DNA of 64,000 nt from an uncultured Rhodospirillaceae bacterium (GCA_964453225.1 CAYVNS010000006.1:9036-73035); one strand, 5' to 3'; numbered from the stretch's first letter, positions 47,524-58,376 are shown. A program made the numbers and translations. The notes: generated by a model from the sequence alone, not told the origin.

Positions 47524-49869
47524 CTAAGCGAGTCCCAGTTGCTTTAGGCTCTCTTTTATTTTTGCGTATTCGCTTTCAATTTCCCCGAACTGGGCCGTTC
47601 GATCTTCGGCAGGAACGTCGCCCATCAACTGCGCGGTATGGCAAAGCTTTGCCAGCACATGCGCCCCTATTGCCGAAGCGCCGCCTTTCAGCATATGCGC
47701 GGATTCAACCCACGCGTCGCACCTGCCGCCAACGCAAGTGTCTTTTAAGGACTTCAAATTCTTGTCCGATTGCTTCAGGAACATGACAATAAATTCTTTT
47801 TCAACGTCGGGATTGCCGTCGGTAAAGGTTTTGAGCTGCGTCAGATCAATCGGGCTGCCTGCGTGCGACGCTTTGTCGGCCTCTTGTGTCATATGATCCC
47901 TGTCAAATTGTATCCACTGGCTTAATACTTCCTTGAATTCATCAACATTGATAGGCTTGCTGATATATTCATCCATGCCGTACTGCAAGCATTTTTCGCG
48001 ATCGCCAACCATGGCGTTCGCCGTCATGGCAATGACAGGAACGTGATTTTTCGTTCCTCTCTCCATCTCGCGGATTTCCATGGTCGAGTCATAGCCGTTC
48101 TTTTCCGGCATATGGCAATCCATCAAAAGGGCCGTCCATGTGTCGTTTTTATAGGCTTCCAGAGCCGCATTGCCGTTCTCAACGATTTTCATTCGGCCTA
48201 TGTTGAAGCTTTGCAGAACCTTTCGGATCAGAAGCTGGTTCATCGGATGATCCTCGGCGACCAGAATAGAGGCCTTTTCCGGAAGGATCGTGCCCATTTT
48301 CGCTTTTTCGCGGCGGACGCGCTTTTCCTTATATACGTTATCCGTGATTTCGAAGGGGATCGTAAACCAGAAGGTCGATCCGATGCCGACCTCGCTCATG
48401 ACGCCAATCTTGCCGCCCATGATCTCGACAAGTTGCCGCGTGATGGCAAGGCCAAGGCCGGTTCCGCCGTAACGGCGCGTTGTCGAGGTATCGGCCTGTA
48501 TAAACTTATCGAAAACGCGCCCCTGCTTGTCCTTCGGTATGCCGATGCCTGTGTCCTCGACTTCAAAGCGGATATCGACATGCCGGTCGTCGCGGCGGGC
48601 GCACGTCGCGCGCACGTCTATGTGCCCCTGATCCGTATATTTGATGGCGTTTCCTATCAAATTCATCAGGATGCGCGAAAAACGGGCCGGATCGCCAAGC
48701 ACGTAAGGAAAGGAATTCCCGATATAGCTTCTGTCGATATGCAAATACTTTTGATCGGCGATATGGTCGAGCGTTTTGACGACGTTATCCAGAACATAGA
48801 TAAGATCGAATCCGATGCGCTCCAACTTCATCTCGCCCGCTTCGATTTTCGACAGATCAAGAATGTCGTTCACAAGCTCAAGAAGATTTGACGACGAACT
48901 CAACATCACGTCCATCAAGCTGCTCTGCTCTTCGGTCAAAGCCGTATCTTGCAAAAGCCGATTCATGCCTAAAATGCTGTTCAGCGGGGTCCTTAATTCA
49001 TGGGACATATTGGCAAGGAATTCCGACTTCGCCCGATTGGCCTCATCGGCCTGTTCTTTCGCGTCGCGGAGCTGCTGCATCAGAGCCGTGCGCTCAATCA
49101 TCGTTTTTTTGAAAAATTCCAGCGCGCGCGCGAGATCGCCGATCTCGTTCTTTTTTTCGAGCCCGGATACGTCGATCGACGTATCTCCTTTTGCCAGCTT
49201 CACGGTCGCGTTCGAGATGGCGTCAAGCGGCTTTGAAATGCCGTGCCCAATGGCTGTAACGCCAAAAGTTATGACAAGAAAAAGAAGCGCCGAAATGCCG
49301 CCGATGGCGGCGCCGCTACGCAGAAAAATTTTTTCGATGTCGTCCGTATAAATGCCCGAACCGAGCATCCACTGCCAGGGCCCGAAGTATTTCACATAGC
49401 TGAGTTTCGGCGATAACGGCTCTCCCGGAGCGCGGCTCCATTTATAATTCAAAAAAGCGCCGCCGCTTTTTTGGGCAGCCGCCATGCTTTCGCGCACGGA
49501 AGGGCCCAAGCCGCCCATTTCATCGAAAATATTTTTTCCAAGGCTTGCAGGATGCAACAAAAACGCCCCGTCCAAATTGTTGACCCAGATGTAATCGCTT
49601 TCGCCGTATTGCAGGACATGCAGAACCTCAAGCGCCTTCGCCTTCGCCTCCGCTTCCGGAAGAAGGCTCTGTTCCGTTTTTTTGTAAAAGTCCTTGACGA
49701 TATTCGTGGCCGTTAAAACGGTTTCGCGCGTTTGCGTTTTGCGATCTTCGATTAAATGTTTTCGAAGGTTCGCCAGGCCCACGATCCCTACGGCAAGCAT
49801 GCCCAGAAGCGCCATAAGAATGATGATGTTCAGGCTTGTCCTAATTTTTAAATCGCTGGAAAAGTTCAT
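47524..49869 (-). CDS. Hybrid sensor histidine kinase: TM, periplasmic Cache-like domain, TM, HAMP, HisKA, HATPase_c, receiver, C-terminal Hpt
   Basis: [14 protein letters not shown]-box, [10 protein letters not shown]-box, a receiver with [11 protein letters not shown], and a C-terminal [19 protein letters not shown] Hpt motif. The N-terminus has two hydrophobic helices flanking ~150 aa. Confidence 0.8.
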   Translation of the reverse strand: MNFSSDLKIRTSLNIIILMALLGMLAVGIVGLANLRKHLIEDRKTQTRETVLTATNIVKDFYKKTEQSLLPEAEAKAKALEVLHVLQYGESDYIWVNNLDGAFLLHPASLGKNIFDEMGGLGPSVRESMAAAQKSGGAFLNYKWSRAPGEPLSPKLSYVKYFGPWQWMLGSGIYTDDIEKIFLRSGAAIGGISALLFLVITFGVTAIGHGISKPLDAISNATVKLAKGDTSIDVSGLEKKNEIGDLARALEFFKKTMIERTALMQQLRDAKEQADEANRAKSEFLANMSHELRTPLNSILGMNRLLQDTALTEEQSSLMDVMLSSSSNLLELVNDILDLSKIEAGEMKLERIGFDLIYVLDNVVKTLDHIADQKYLHIDRSYIGNSFPYVLGDPARFSRILMNLIGNAIKYTDQGHIDVRATCARRDDRHVDIRFEVEDTGIGIPKDKQGRVFDKFIQADTSTTRRYGGTGLGLAITRQLVEIMGGKIGVMSEVGIGSTFWFTIPFEITDNVYKEKRVRREKAKMGTILPEKASILVAEDHPMNQLLIRKVLQSFNIGRMKIVENGNAALEAYKNDTWTALLMDCHMPEKNGYDSTMEIREMERGTKNHVPVIAMTANAMVGDREKCLQYGMDEYISKPINVDEFKEVLSQWIQFDRDHMTQEADKASHAGSPIDLTQLKTFTDGNPDVEKEFIVMFLKQSDKNLKSLKDTCVGGRCDAWVESAHMLKGGASAIGAHVLAKLCHTAQLMGDVPAEDRTAQFGEIESEYAKIKESLKQLGLA

Positions 49870-49912
49870 CGATGCGGCTCTAATATCGGGATTAAAGTGA
49901 AGGCGGGAGGAA

Positions 49913-50311
49913 TTATAACGAACCAGTATCCTTGAGGTAGTCGGTTACTTTTTGGTATTCGTCTTTTATCTTTTGGAAAAAAGTTTTCCGCTGATCCGCT
50001 GTCGCATCCGCGAGATACTGAGCGTCGCAGCAAAGCTTGCTGAGAACGACGGCCCCGATGGAAGCCGCGCCTCCCTTGAACATGTGCGCTGTTTCGACCC
50101 AAACTTCGGATCGTCCGTCGATGCATGTTTCGCCTAGAACGCGCAAATTCTCATTGGATTGGTTGAGAAAAACGCCAATGCATTGCTTTTCAAATTCTAT
50201 GTCGCCTTCGGTAAACGCCCTAAGCTGAACAAGATCGACAGGGGGTTGTGGAGATTCATCGGCCATGTTTGCGCTTTCATTTCCCATTTGAGATGTTGAT
50301 GGTTGCCGCAC
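49913..50311 (-). CDS. Stand-alone Hpt domain protein paralogous to the C-terminal Hpt of the adjacent kinase
   Basis: [19 protein letters not shown] versus [19 protein letters not shown]. Confidence 0.65.
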   Translation of the reverse strand: MRQPSTSQMGNESANMADESPQPPVDLVQLRAFTEGDIEFEKQCIGVFLNQSNENLRVLGETCIDGRSEVWVETAHMFKGGAASIGAVVLSKLCCDAQYLADATADQRKTFFQKIKDEYQKVTDYLKDTGSL

Positions 50312-50436
50312 TTTATCGAATGGTTAATTAAACCACGGCATACTACCAGAACGGGAACATATGTACAGCGTTTCGCTTGAACCGCGATATTTTCAAAATC
50401 ATTTCGTTCAAAATGAAAAAATATCAAGAAACCGAG

Positions 50437-51033
50437 TCACCCGGCAAAACTACGCTGATTCTCTTTTTTGCTGAGTTTTTGAAGAACATCCATTAGTGCC
50501 GCCTGAAATCGTTGCGGATCCGAAACGCCGTCAAAGGGCGAAACATCGCCGCCTGATCCATGAACCAATATCGTCCCGTATCCGAAAATGCGTCCCACGA
50601 CCGTTTGATCGAAATTCACGCCCGAAATGCGATTCACCATGATTTCATACGTCGCCCGCGAAATAAATCCGTATTTTGCGATAATTCTGTGATCGGTTAT
50701 GACAAGTTCGGTCGATGCCTGCCTGACAAACGCGCCCACCAATAGAGCGAAGCCGACCAACGTAAAACCCAAAGCGATTCCGGCGCCTATTTTGCCCACC
50801 AGCGGCGCCAAAGGGCCGGTTATTAAAATACTGGCTGCGGTATAACTGTAAAAGCTGAATCCGCCTCCGGCGAAGGCCAGAATGAGGCCCGGCATAAAGA
50901 TGATCCAGTGCAAGGTCGCGATATGCACGATATGTTCGTCGGGGTCGATGATGCCGCCGACATAGGACATCTGATTCATGCCCGATTGCCTTCCTTGCGA
51001 AGGCTTTTTGTTAACCCGTTGTTTTTGAGTCAT
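50437..51033 (-). CDS. Bacterial PH domain (DUF304/YdbS-YdbT-like) membrane protein
   Basis: Two TM helices followed by a ~80-aa PH-like segment (ELVITDHRIIAKYGFISRATYEIMVNRISGVNFDQTVVGRIFGYGTILV). Confidence 0.55.
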   Translation of the reverse strand: MTQKQRVNKKPSQGRQSGMNQMSYVGGIIDPDEHIVHIATLHWIIFMPGLILAFAGGGFSFYSYTAASILITGPLAPLVGKIGAGIALGFTLVGFALLVGAFVRQASTELVITDHRIIAKYGFISRATYEIMVNRISGVNFDQTVVGRIFGYGTILVHGSGGDVSPFDGVSDPQRFQAALMDVLQKLSKKENQRSFAG

Positions 51034-51034
51034 C

Positions 51035-52003
51035 CTAAGCGGGCCTCCCGTTACATGCTTGCAAAGCCAAAAATCTTTCGGCGTCCAAAGCCGCCATACA
51101 CCCCGTGGCGGCGGCGGTGACGGCTTGCCGGTACATATTGTCTCTAACGTCGCCGGCGGCGAAAACGCCGGGGATATTGGTTTCGGTGCATTCCTTTTTG
51201 GTGATCAAATAGCCTTCTTTATCGATGTCCAGTTGCCCCTCGAAAATCTTTGTGGCCGGCGCATGCCCGATGGCGATAAAAACGCCGTCTGCGGGAATAA
51301 TTTTTTCTTCGTTCGTTTTGACGTTGCGCGCGCGCACGCCGGTTACGGAAAGCTGGGGCTGCTCGTCGCCGATAATTTCATCGATGACCGTATCCCACTC
51401 GACGACGATTTTGGGATGTTTCAGAACGCGCTCATGCAGGATTTTCTCTCCGCGAAAAGCGTCGCGGCGATGGATCAGCGTTACCTTGCTGGCGAAGTTG
51501 GTCAGATATAAGGCTTCCTCAAGCGCGGTATTGCCGCCGCCGACGACGCAGATTTCTTTTCCGCGAAAGAAAAAACCGTCGCAGGTCGCGCAACCCGAAA
51601 CCCCGTACCCCTTAAACTTCATTTCGCCGGGAACGCCGAGCCACCGCGCCTGAGCGCCGGTGGCAACGATCACGCTATCGGCGACAAACGTATCGCCCGA
51701 GTCAGCCTTGCAGATGAAAGGCCTTTTGCTGAAATCGGCTTCGACGATCACGTCAAAAACAAGCTCGGCCCCCACCCTTTTCGCTTGCGCGGCCATTTGC
51801 TCCATCAGCCACGGCCCTTGCACCGGCTCGGCAAAGCCCGGGAAATTCTCGACATCCGTCGTGATGGTTAATTGCCCGCCGGGCTGCATGCCCTGAATCA
51901 AAATGGGGCTAAGATTGGCGCGCGCCGCATAAATAGCCGCCGTATAACCGGCCGGGCCGGCACCGATAATGAGAACTTTGGTAATGTGAGAAGACGGCAT
52001 CAA
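51035..52003 (-). CDS. trxB: Thioredoxin-disulfide reductase
   Basis: FAD site IIGAGPAGYTAAIYAARA, redox CATCDG, NADPH site VVGGGNTALEEA. Confidence 0.9.
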   Translation of the reverse strand: MMPSSHITKVLIIGAGPAGYTAAIYAARANLSPILIQGMQPGGQLTITTDVENFPGFAEPVQGPWLMEQMAAQAKRVGAELVFDVIVEADFSKRPFICKADSGDTFVADSVIVATGAQARWLGVPGEMKFKGYGVSGCATCDGFFFRGKEICVVGGGNTALEEALYLTNFASKVTLIHRRDAFRGEKILHERVLKHPKIVVEWDTVIDEIIGDEQPQLSVTGVRARNVKTNEEKIIPADGVFIAIGHAPATKIFEGQLDIDKEGYLITKKECTETNIPGVFAAGDVRDNMYRQAVTAAATGCMAALDAERFLALQACNGRPA

Positions 52004-52144
52004 CCATACCTTTTCTGGAATTATTAATCACTTTAACGAAACCAAATGCGTAGTCTAGCAAATTCAGATATCCCTTCTTGTATCTGTCATTCCCTTTTGA
52101 TATTATTTTCGCATTCAAAACGACTTGTTTTACAAGGATGTATT

Positions 52145-52534
52145 ATGCTCACAAATAACAACTTCTTTGATTTGCATAGCGTCAAGGCAATCGCGCACCC
52201 TTCGGGCGAGGCCCTCCTTATCAAAATAACCTTAAAAAATACTTCCAATAAGGATCAAGTCCTCTGGAGAGCCTTTGGCATTCCCAGGTTGGAAGACGAT
52301 AAAAAACAGCCTGAGGTATCTTTTAAATTCCCTGTTCATACAGTTCCGCCACACGGAACCGTCACAAGCAAACCGCTTGTCTTGTATGAAGCCAGACATC
52401 CTATAGCGAAACTGGAACTGTCAAAGGTGGACCGAGACCCCTTGTATTATGATATCGAGATTGCCCCCGAACGCAAACCCGGCAACGAGGTTTCCTTAAA
52501 GAAGTTATATCGCGTTGGCTTAGGCGAAGCATAG
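52145..52534 (+). CDS. Hypothetical small protein
   Basis: An ORF after trxB with an internal ATG start and no motif. Confidence 0.3.
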   Translation: MLTNNNFFDLHSVKAIAHPSGEALLIKITLKNTSNKDQVLWRAFGIPRLEDDKKQPEVSFKFPVHTVPPHGTVTSKPLVLYEARHPIAKLELSKVDRDPLYYDIEIAPERKPGNEVSLKKLYRVGLGEA

Positions 52535-52599
52535 ACGGAAATTCTTTTTCCGGTTCCCAAAGGCTTTCCGTGTGCTAAAAGTGCGTATCCTAAATTAAC

Positions 52600-54159
52600 T
52601 TGCAGGGTTCGCTCGACATGGCAAAGCCGGAAACGTCTCTCATCAATCGCATCGTCTCCCTTTCGAAAAGGCGCGGGTTTGTTTACCCTGCGTCCGAGAT
52701 TTACGGTGGGCTCAACGGCTTTTGGGATTTCGGCCCTTTGGGGACGCTGCTGAAAAACAACCTGCGCGATGCGTGGTGGCACAGCATGGTGGAATGCCCG
52801 CCGCTGGGCCCCGATAACGAGCCTTTATCCATCGTCGGCATAGACACCTGCATCATCCAGCATCCAAAAACATGGATAGCCTCCGGACACGTGGCGGGAT
52901 TTGCGGATTTGATGGTTGATTGCCGCGAAACAAAGCAACGCTATCGCGCCGACCATATCGCCAGTGTTGATGTTTTTTACGTAAAAGGCGGACAACAGAA
53001 GTCCCTTGGCGTTCTGAGCGCGCTTGAAGGCGACGACGCGTGCGACCTGATAACCAAAAAAGCGAAAAAGCTCCTGCAAAAAGCGGGCGGCGGCGAGCTT
53101 ATGCCCATAAATATGAACGCCGCCGTGCCTTTCACGGCCCTTTCAGCGGCGGAACAATCAAAGGTCTTCGGCCCCGATGCCGACATCGCGGGAACGCTCA
53201 CGGAACCGCGCGTATTCAATTTGATGTTCGAGTCTCATGTGGGCGTTTTTCAAAACGAGGATTCAAAAGTCTACCTCCGCCCCGAAACGGCCCAGGGCAT
53301 TTTTCTTCAGTACAAGAATGTTCTCGACACGTCGCGGGTCAAGCCTCCCTTCGGCATCGCGCAGGTCGGCAAGTCCTTCCGCAACGAAGTGACGCCGCGC
53401 AATTTTATCTTCCGCGTCCGCGAATTCGAGCAAATGGAAATGGAGTTTTTCGTTCCTCCCGAAGACGGGATGAAATGGTATGAATTTTGGGTCGCCGAGC
53501 GTCTGCGCTGGTGGAAAGAGCAAGGCGTGAACGAAAAGAATCTTTATCGCCATGAAATCGCCGACCAGGATCGCGCGTTCTATTCGGCGGCAACGTCGGA
53601 CCTTGAGTACCTTTATCCCTTTACGGCTCCGAATTTCGGCGAGCTGGAAGGAGTGGCTTACCGCACGGACTACGATCTGAACCAGCATCAGAAATTCAGC
53701 AAAACCAATCTTGAGTATGTGGATCAGGAGAACAAGCGGCGGTATATCCCCCATGTTATCGAGCCCGCCAGCGGTCTGACTCGCGGCGCGCTTGTTCTTT
53801 TATGCGAAGGCTATCAATATGATGAAAGCCGAGCTTCGCCCGAATGGTTAAAAATAAAGCCGAGCCTAGCCCCCATCAAAGCCGGGATTTTCCCTCTCGT
53901 AAATAAAGACGGAATGCCTGAAATAGCGGAAAAGCTGTTCCTTGACCTGCGTCAAAATTACGTTTGCCAGTTCGATGCAAAACAAGGCATCGGCAAGCGT
54001 TATGCGCGCATGGACGAGGCCGGAACGCCCTATTGCGTGACGATAGACGGCGATACATTGAAAGACCAAACGGTGACGATCCGCGATCGGGATACCGCCC
54101 AGCAGGAACGGGTTGCGCTGGACAAGGTTAAGGGGTATTTGGCCTCCAAGCTCGCCTAA
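52600..54159 (+). CDS. glyS: Glycine--tRNA ligase, dimeric (GlyQS/eukaryote-like) type
   Basis: EIYGGLNGFWDFGPLG, a class II aaRS with an anticodon-binding C-terminus. The true start is probably the internal ATG near 52618 (MAKPETSL). Confidence 0.8.
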   Translation: MQGSLDMAKPETSLINRIVSLSKRRGFVYPASEIYGGLNGFWDFGPLGTLLKNNLRDAWWHSMVECPPLGPDNEPLSIVGIDTCIIQHPKTWIASGHVAGFADLMVDCRETKQRYRADHIASVDVFYVKGGQQKSLGVLSALEGDDACDLITKKAKKLLQKAGGGELMPINMNAAVPFTALSAAEQSKVFGPDADIAGTLTEPRVFNLMFESHVGVFQNEDSKVYLRPETAQGIFLQYKNVLDTSRVKPPFGIAQVGKSFRNEVTPRNFIFRVREFEQMEMEFFVPPEDGMKWYEFWVAERLRWWKEQGVNEKNLYRHEIADQDRAFYSAATSDLEYLYPFTAPNFGELEGVAYRTDYDLNQHQKFSKTNLEYVDQENKRRYIPHVIEPASGLTRGALVLLCEGYQYDESRASPEWLKIKPSLAPIKAGIFPLVNKDGMPEIAEKLFLDLRQNYVCQFDAKQGIGKRYARMDEAGTPYCVTIDGDTLKDQTVTIRDRDTAQQERVALDKVKGYLASKLA

Positions 54160-54265
54160 CGGAACGCCGCAAAAAGGACAGAATTTCCTCTATCCTTTGG
54201 GATATTCGCATAAACGGAACAATCATGTTCACACTGAAGCACCATTCGGGGTTCAAGAATACTAA

Positions 54266-54306
54266 CCCCTCCCCCTTGATGGGGGAGGGGTTGGGTGGGG
54301 GTGATG
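54266..54306 (+). repeat. G-rich hairpin repeat unit (CCCTCCCCCTTGATGGGGGAGGGGTTGGGTGGGGGTGATG)
   Basis: The same unit occurs at 57869-58190 (array) and 60572-60609. Confidence 0.7.
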
Positions 54307-54383
54307 CCGCCACATGCCATATGTTCATTCATGTGACAACATCATCCCCCATACCGGCCTTCCCTCCGAATTAGAAAAAGGAA

Positions 54384-57086
54384 ATGACGATGAAAGCGCA
54401 AAAGTGGGTCTATAGTTTCGGGAACGGACAAGCGGAAGGCCGCGCCGATATGCGCAACCTCCTCGGCGGCAAAGGCGCCGGCCTTGCCGAAATGTCTAAT
54501 CTGGGCTTGCCCGTCCCTCCGGGATTTACGGTAACGACCGACGTATGCACCCACTACTACGCGCACGCCCATGCCTATCCCGATGATTTGAAAAATCAGG
54601 TGAACGCGGCTCTCGCGCAGGTCGAGGCGATAACGGGTTCCAAATTCGGCGATGCCGGGAACCCCCTGCTCGTTTCCGTTCGCTCCGGCGGGCGCGCGTC
54701 GATGCCGGGCATGATGGATACGGTTTTGAATCTTGGCCTTAACAAAGCGACGGTCGAGGGCCTGAAGGCGCAAAGCGGCAATCCCCGTTTTGCCTACGAC
54801 AGCTACCGCCGCTTTATCCAGATGTACAGCAACGTCGTGCTTGGCCTTGAGCATCATCTGTTTGAGGAAATCATCGACGACGTCAAGCGCGCGCAAGGCT
54901 ATGCGCTGGACACCGAGATGACGGCCGACGACTGGCAGGAAGTGACTGAGGCTTACTTGAAAACGGTCGAAAAGCACTTCGGCAAGCCGTTTCCGCAGGA
55001 CGTGCAGGATCAACTCTGGGGCGCGGTCGGCGCCGTTTTCGGCTCGTGGATGAATTCGCGCGCCATCACGTACCGCAAGCTGAATGAAATTCCTCATGAT
55101 TGGGGAACCGCCGTAAACGTCCAGGCGATGGTTTTCGGCAATCGCGGCGACGATTGCTGCACCGGCGTGGCCTTTACGCGCAATCCGTCGACGGGCGAAA
55201 ACGCCTTCTACGGCGAATACCTTGTCAACGCGCAAGGCGAAGACGTGGTCGCCGGCATTCGCACCCCCCAGAATCTAACGATCAAAGCGAAGCAGGAACA
55301 GAACGCGCAGCTTCCCGCGATGGAAGAAGTCATGCCCGACGTTTTCAATCAATTAAACGCCGTGCGCCTGAAGCTCGAAAAGCATTATCGCGATATGCAG
55401 GACATCGAATTCACCGTCCAGCAAGGCAAGCTTTACATGCTTCAAACCCGCACCGGCAAGCGGACGGCGGCGGCGGCCATGAAAATCGCCGTCGATCTCG
55501 TGAACGAAGGCTTGATCGATCAAAAAGAGGCGGTCAAGCGCATCGACCCCAAATCGCTCGACCAGCTTTTGCATCCGACGCTCGATCCGAAGGCGAAGAA
55601 GAACATCATCGCCAAGGGATTGCCGGCATCGCCGGGCGCGGCGTCGGGCAAGGTCGTTTTTTCCGCCGATGACGCCGAGGCGCTGTCGAACAAAGGCATG
55701 AAGGTCATTCTGTGCCGCGTTGAGACCAGCCCCGAAGACATTCACGGCATGCACGCCGCCAAGGGCATCGTCACCAGCCGCGGGGGCATGACAAGCCACG
55801 CGGCCGTCGTCGCGCGCGGCATGGGCCGCGCCTGCGTGGCGGGCGCGGGCGAGCTGCATATGGAGTACGGCAAGAAGCAAATGTCCGTGAAAAACGTCAC
55901 GATCAAGGAAGGCGATATTATTACGATCGACGGCTCGACGGGCGAGATTATGCTGGGCGAGATTCCAACGGTTCAGCCTGAATTATCGGGCAGCTTTGCC
56001 ACGTTGATGGGCTGGGCGGACGGGCTTCGCCGTCTCAAAGTCCGCACAAACGCCGAAACGCCGCTCGATGCGCGCACGGCGCGCAAGTTCGGGGCCGAAG
56101 GCATCGGGCTTTGCCGCACCGAGCATATGTTCTTCGATACCGACCGCATCACCTCGATGCGGGAAATGATCATCGCCGACGACGAAGAAGGCCGCCGCGC
56201 CGCTTTGGCGAAGCTGGAGCCGATGCAGATCAAGGATTTCGTCGATCTGTTCACGATCATGGAAGGCTTGCCGGTTACGATCCGCCTTCTCGATCCGCCG
56301 CTTCATGAATTCCTTCCCCATCAGGAAGCGGAAATAGCGTTGGTGGCGGCGGCGGCGTGCTGCTCGGCCGACAAGGTGCGCAAGCGCACGGCGGTGCTTC
56401 ACGAATCGAACCCCATGCTGGGGCACCGCGGCTGCCGTCTGGGCATTTCCTATCCTGAAATATACGAAATGCAGGCACGCGCCATTTTCTCGGCAACGGT
56501 CGAGATGGCCCGGCAAGGCAAAAAACTTACACCCGAAATCATGATTCCCCTCGTCGCCTCGCGCAAGGAATTCGACATTTTAAAAAGAATGATCGACCGC
56601 GTGGCCGAAGACATTCAAAGGGACTCCGGCGAAACGCTCGCCTATCTGGTGGGAACGATGATCGAGCTTCCGCGCGCGGCCCTGCGCGCGGGCGATATCG
56701 CCGAAAGCGCCGAGTTTTTCAGCTTCGGCACAAACGATTTGACGCAGACAACCTACGGCCTTAGCCGCGACGACGCCGCGTCCTTCCTTCCCGACTATTA
56801 CAAGGCGAATGTCTTCGAAAACGATCCGTTCGCGACGCTCGATCAGGAAGGCGTGGGCGAATTGATCTCCATCGCGGCCGAGCGCGGGCGCAAAGCGCGC
56901 GCCGACATCAAGCTTGGAATCTGCGGCGAGCACGGCGGCGATCCGGCTTCCGTCAAGTTCTGCCACCGGACGGGATTGAATTATGTTTCTTGCTCGCCCT
57001 ATCGCGTTCCCATCGCTCGTCTCGCGGCGGCGCAAGCGGCTATCGAAAACGATAGCGACGAAGCCGCGCGCAAAAACGCCGCCTGA
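54384..57086 (+). CDS. ppdK: Pyruvate, phosphate dikinase
   Basis: ATP-grasp N-terminus GGKGAGLAEM, the phospho-His region GGMTSHAAVVARG, and a PEP-utilising C-terminus. 900 aa. Confidence 0.9.
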   Translation: MTMKAQKWVYSFGNGQAEGRADMRNLLGGKGAGLAEMSNLGLPVPPGFTVTTDVCTHYYAHAHAYPDDLKNQVNAALAQVEAITGSKFGDAGNPLLVSVRSGGRASMPGMMDTVLNLGLNKATVEGLKAQSGNPRFAYDSYRRFIQMYSNVVLGLEHHLFEEIIDDVKRAQGYALDTEMTADDWQEVTEAYLKTVEKHFGKPFPQDVQDQLWGAVGAVFGSWMNSRAITYRKLNEIPHDWGTAVNVQAMVFGNRGDDCCTGVAFTRNPSTGENAFYGEYLVNAQGEDVVAGIRTPQNLTIKAKQEQNAQLPAMEEVMPDVFNQLNAVRLKLEKHYRDMQDIEFTVQQGKLYMLQTRTGKRTAAAAMKIAVDLVNEGLIDQKEAVKRIDPKSLDQLLHPTLDPKAKKNIIAKGLPASPGAASGKVVFSADDAEALSNKGMKVILCRVETSPEDIHGMHAAKGIVTSRGGMTSHAAVVARGMGRACVAGAGELHMEYGKKQMSVKNVTIKEGDIITIDGSTGEIMLGEIPTVQPELSGSFATLMGWADGLRRLKVRTNAETPLDARTARKFGAEGIGLCRTEHMFFDTDRITSMREMIIADDEEGRRAALAKLEPMQIKDFVDLFTIMEGLPVTIRLLDPPLHEFLPHQEAEIALVAAAACCSADKVRKRTAVLHESNPMLGHRGCRLGISYPEIYEMQARAIFSATVEMARQGKKLTPEIMIPLVASRKEFDILKRMIDRVAEDIQRDSGETLAYLVGTMIELPRAALRAGDIAESAEFFSFGTNDLTQTTYGLSRDDAASFLPDYYKANVFENDPFATLDQEGVGELISIAAERGRKARADIKLGICGEHGGDPASVKFCHRTGLNYVSCSPYRVPIARLAAAQAAIENDSDEAARKNAA

Positions 57087-57256
57087 TAAAAAAATCAAAT
57101 CGAGACATAGAACTCCGGGAAAAAGGTTAATCCCGTTGTTCACGTACGCCTTGTGTGAAAGTAAAAAAGCAATAGAGAATAAAGCGAAAATAGAATATTA
57201 TGAATGAAGCAGAAATATTTTAGGTCATTATTTTTATATTTATTTTGGGAGTGAAA

Positions 57257-57778
57257 ATGTCAGAGGTCGGGTTTGGAAAAATATATTCCGATGTGAAGAG
57301 ATTATGGGGCATTTTAACGAACGAGGAAGCCGCAAAAGCAGAACAACCGGTTACGATTACTGTTTCCGATATTGCACAAGAAAACACGTGGGACATTGCC
57401 CCCTTTTCCATTGAAAGAATCGGCCAGACTGGCAAAATTTATGATACTCAGTTCGCAACCGTTCATACACAAGGTTGTGATTACGAAAATGTTCTTATTA
57501 AATCTCCGGGGGATAATTACGACCTCATCTCCACGCTTGAACAAATGGGGATTGTACTAAAAGAACTAACAAAAAGGCTTCCTTGCGGGTATGGATCCGA
57601 CACACGTGTCAATTTAGCCTCAGTCGTTAATTGTGACCATGGAAGACGTGCGGGTACTATTGAACTCCGCTTCAAGAGCGGCAATTCCATTATGGTCGAC
57701 GGCGATTGTGCCGACATTCAAGAAGCCGTTCGGGCAGCGCATAAAAGAAAACGAAGTCCTACTGGGCCTACGCGTTAA
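57257..57778 (+). CDS. Hypothetical protein in an AT-rich insert downstream of ppdK
   Basis: The ATG gives MSEVGFGKIY with an upstream GGGAG. There is no motif. The flanks are duplicated ppdK tails. Confidence 0.4.
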   Translation: MSEVGFGKIYSDVKRLWGILTNEEAAKAEQPVTITVSDIAQENTWDIAPFSIERIGQTGKIYDTQFATVHTQGCDYENVLIKSPGDNYDLISTLEQMGIVLKELTKRLPCGYGSDTRVNLASVVNCDHGRRAGTIELRFKSGNSIMVDGDCADIQEAVRAAHKRKRSPTGPTR

Positions 57779-57830
57779 ACAATCATCTGCACTTGATGGA
57801 TAGCCGACGCCACTGCGCCAGATCAAAAAA

Positions 57831-57868
57831 GAAGCGACGAAGCCGCACGCAAAAACGCCGCCTAGATG
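57831..57868 (+). repeat. Direct repeat of the last ~31 nt of ppdK (agcgacgaagccgcacgcaaaaacgccgcctag)
   Basis: One mismatch versus 57054-57086. Confidence 0.7.
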
Positions 57869-58190
57869 CGGGAGAGTTGGGTGGGGGTGATGCCTCAGAA
57901 GACGGAAAGCAGAAGTATAGGCCAGAAAGATTCCCCTCCCCTTGCGGGAGGGGTAAGGGGAGGGGTTAGCGTTAAAGTAATACAGAAGCCGAAAGTCGCA
58001 AGCCGGTGAGGGAAGGCAAAAGAAAAAGCCCTCCCCCTTGATGGCTCGAAGCGGGAAAACGATCCGGTGAATCGTTTTCCCCGCGAGAGGGGTTGGGTGG
58101 GGGTATGGTTCAGAAGGCAGAAAGCAGGAAACAGAAGACAGAAAAAAGCCCTCCCCCTTGATGGGGGAGGGTTGGGTGGGGGTGATGGTT
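57869..58190 (+). repeat. Array of about four G-rich hairpin units separated by purine-rich spacers, one unit interrupted by a nested perfect palindrome
   Basis: Units are at about 57869-57892 (tail half), 57933-57968 (variant), 58028-58110 (interrupted by gggaaaacgatccggtgaatcgttttccc) and 58149-58190 (complete). Confidence 0.7.
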
Positions 58191-58292
58191 TAGAAGACAG
58201 AAAGAAATTCACTTCCCTCTCGCACAACTCGAATTCAGCCTCCTAAATTCCATATAGAATTGAGAAAAGAATAGTCGGTACGGGTCTAAGAA

Positions 58293-58320
58293 AGCGACGA
58301 AGCCGCACGCGAAATGCGGC
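58293..58320 (+). repeat. Second partial direct repeat of the ppdK 3' tail (agcgacgaagccgcacgc), followed by a hairpin
   Basis: 18-nt match, then gccgcacgcgaaatgcggc forms a stem-loop. Confidence 0.55.
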
Positions 58321-58376
58321 TTGATCATAGCCAATCGATATAAAAGGGATAGTCTTTGAAATGTAGACAGCAGCGA

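Noticed and set aside
54342-56516. Long minus-strand ORFs (297, 175, 177 aa) inside ppdK
   Set aside because: They are antisense to an unambiguous 900-aa pyruvate phosphate dikinase. They are Arg/Ala-rich GC artefacts.
57869-58190. G-rich repeat array considered as a possible CRISPR array
   Set aside because: The units are imperfect and of unequal length. The spacers are short purine-rich simple sequence, and no cas genes or leader are nearby. Identical units occur singly elsewhere as intergenic hairpins, so this is a REP-like repeat cluster.
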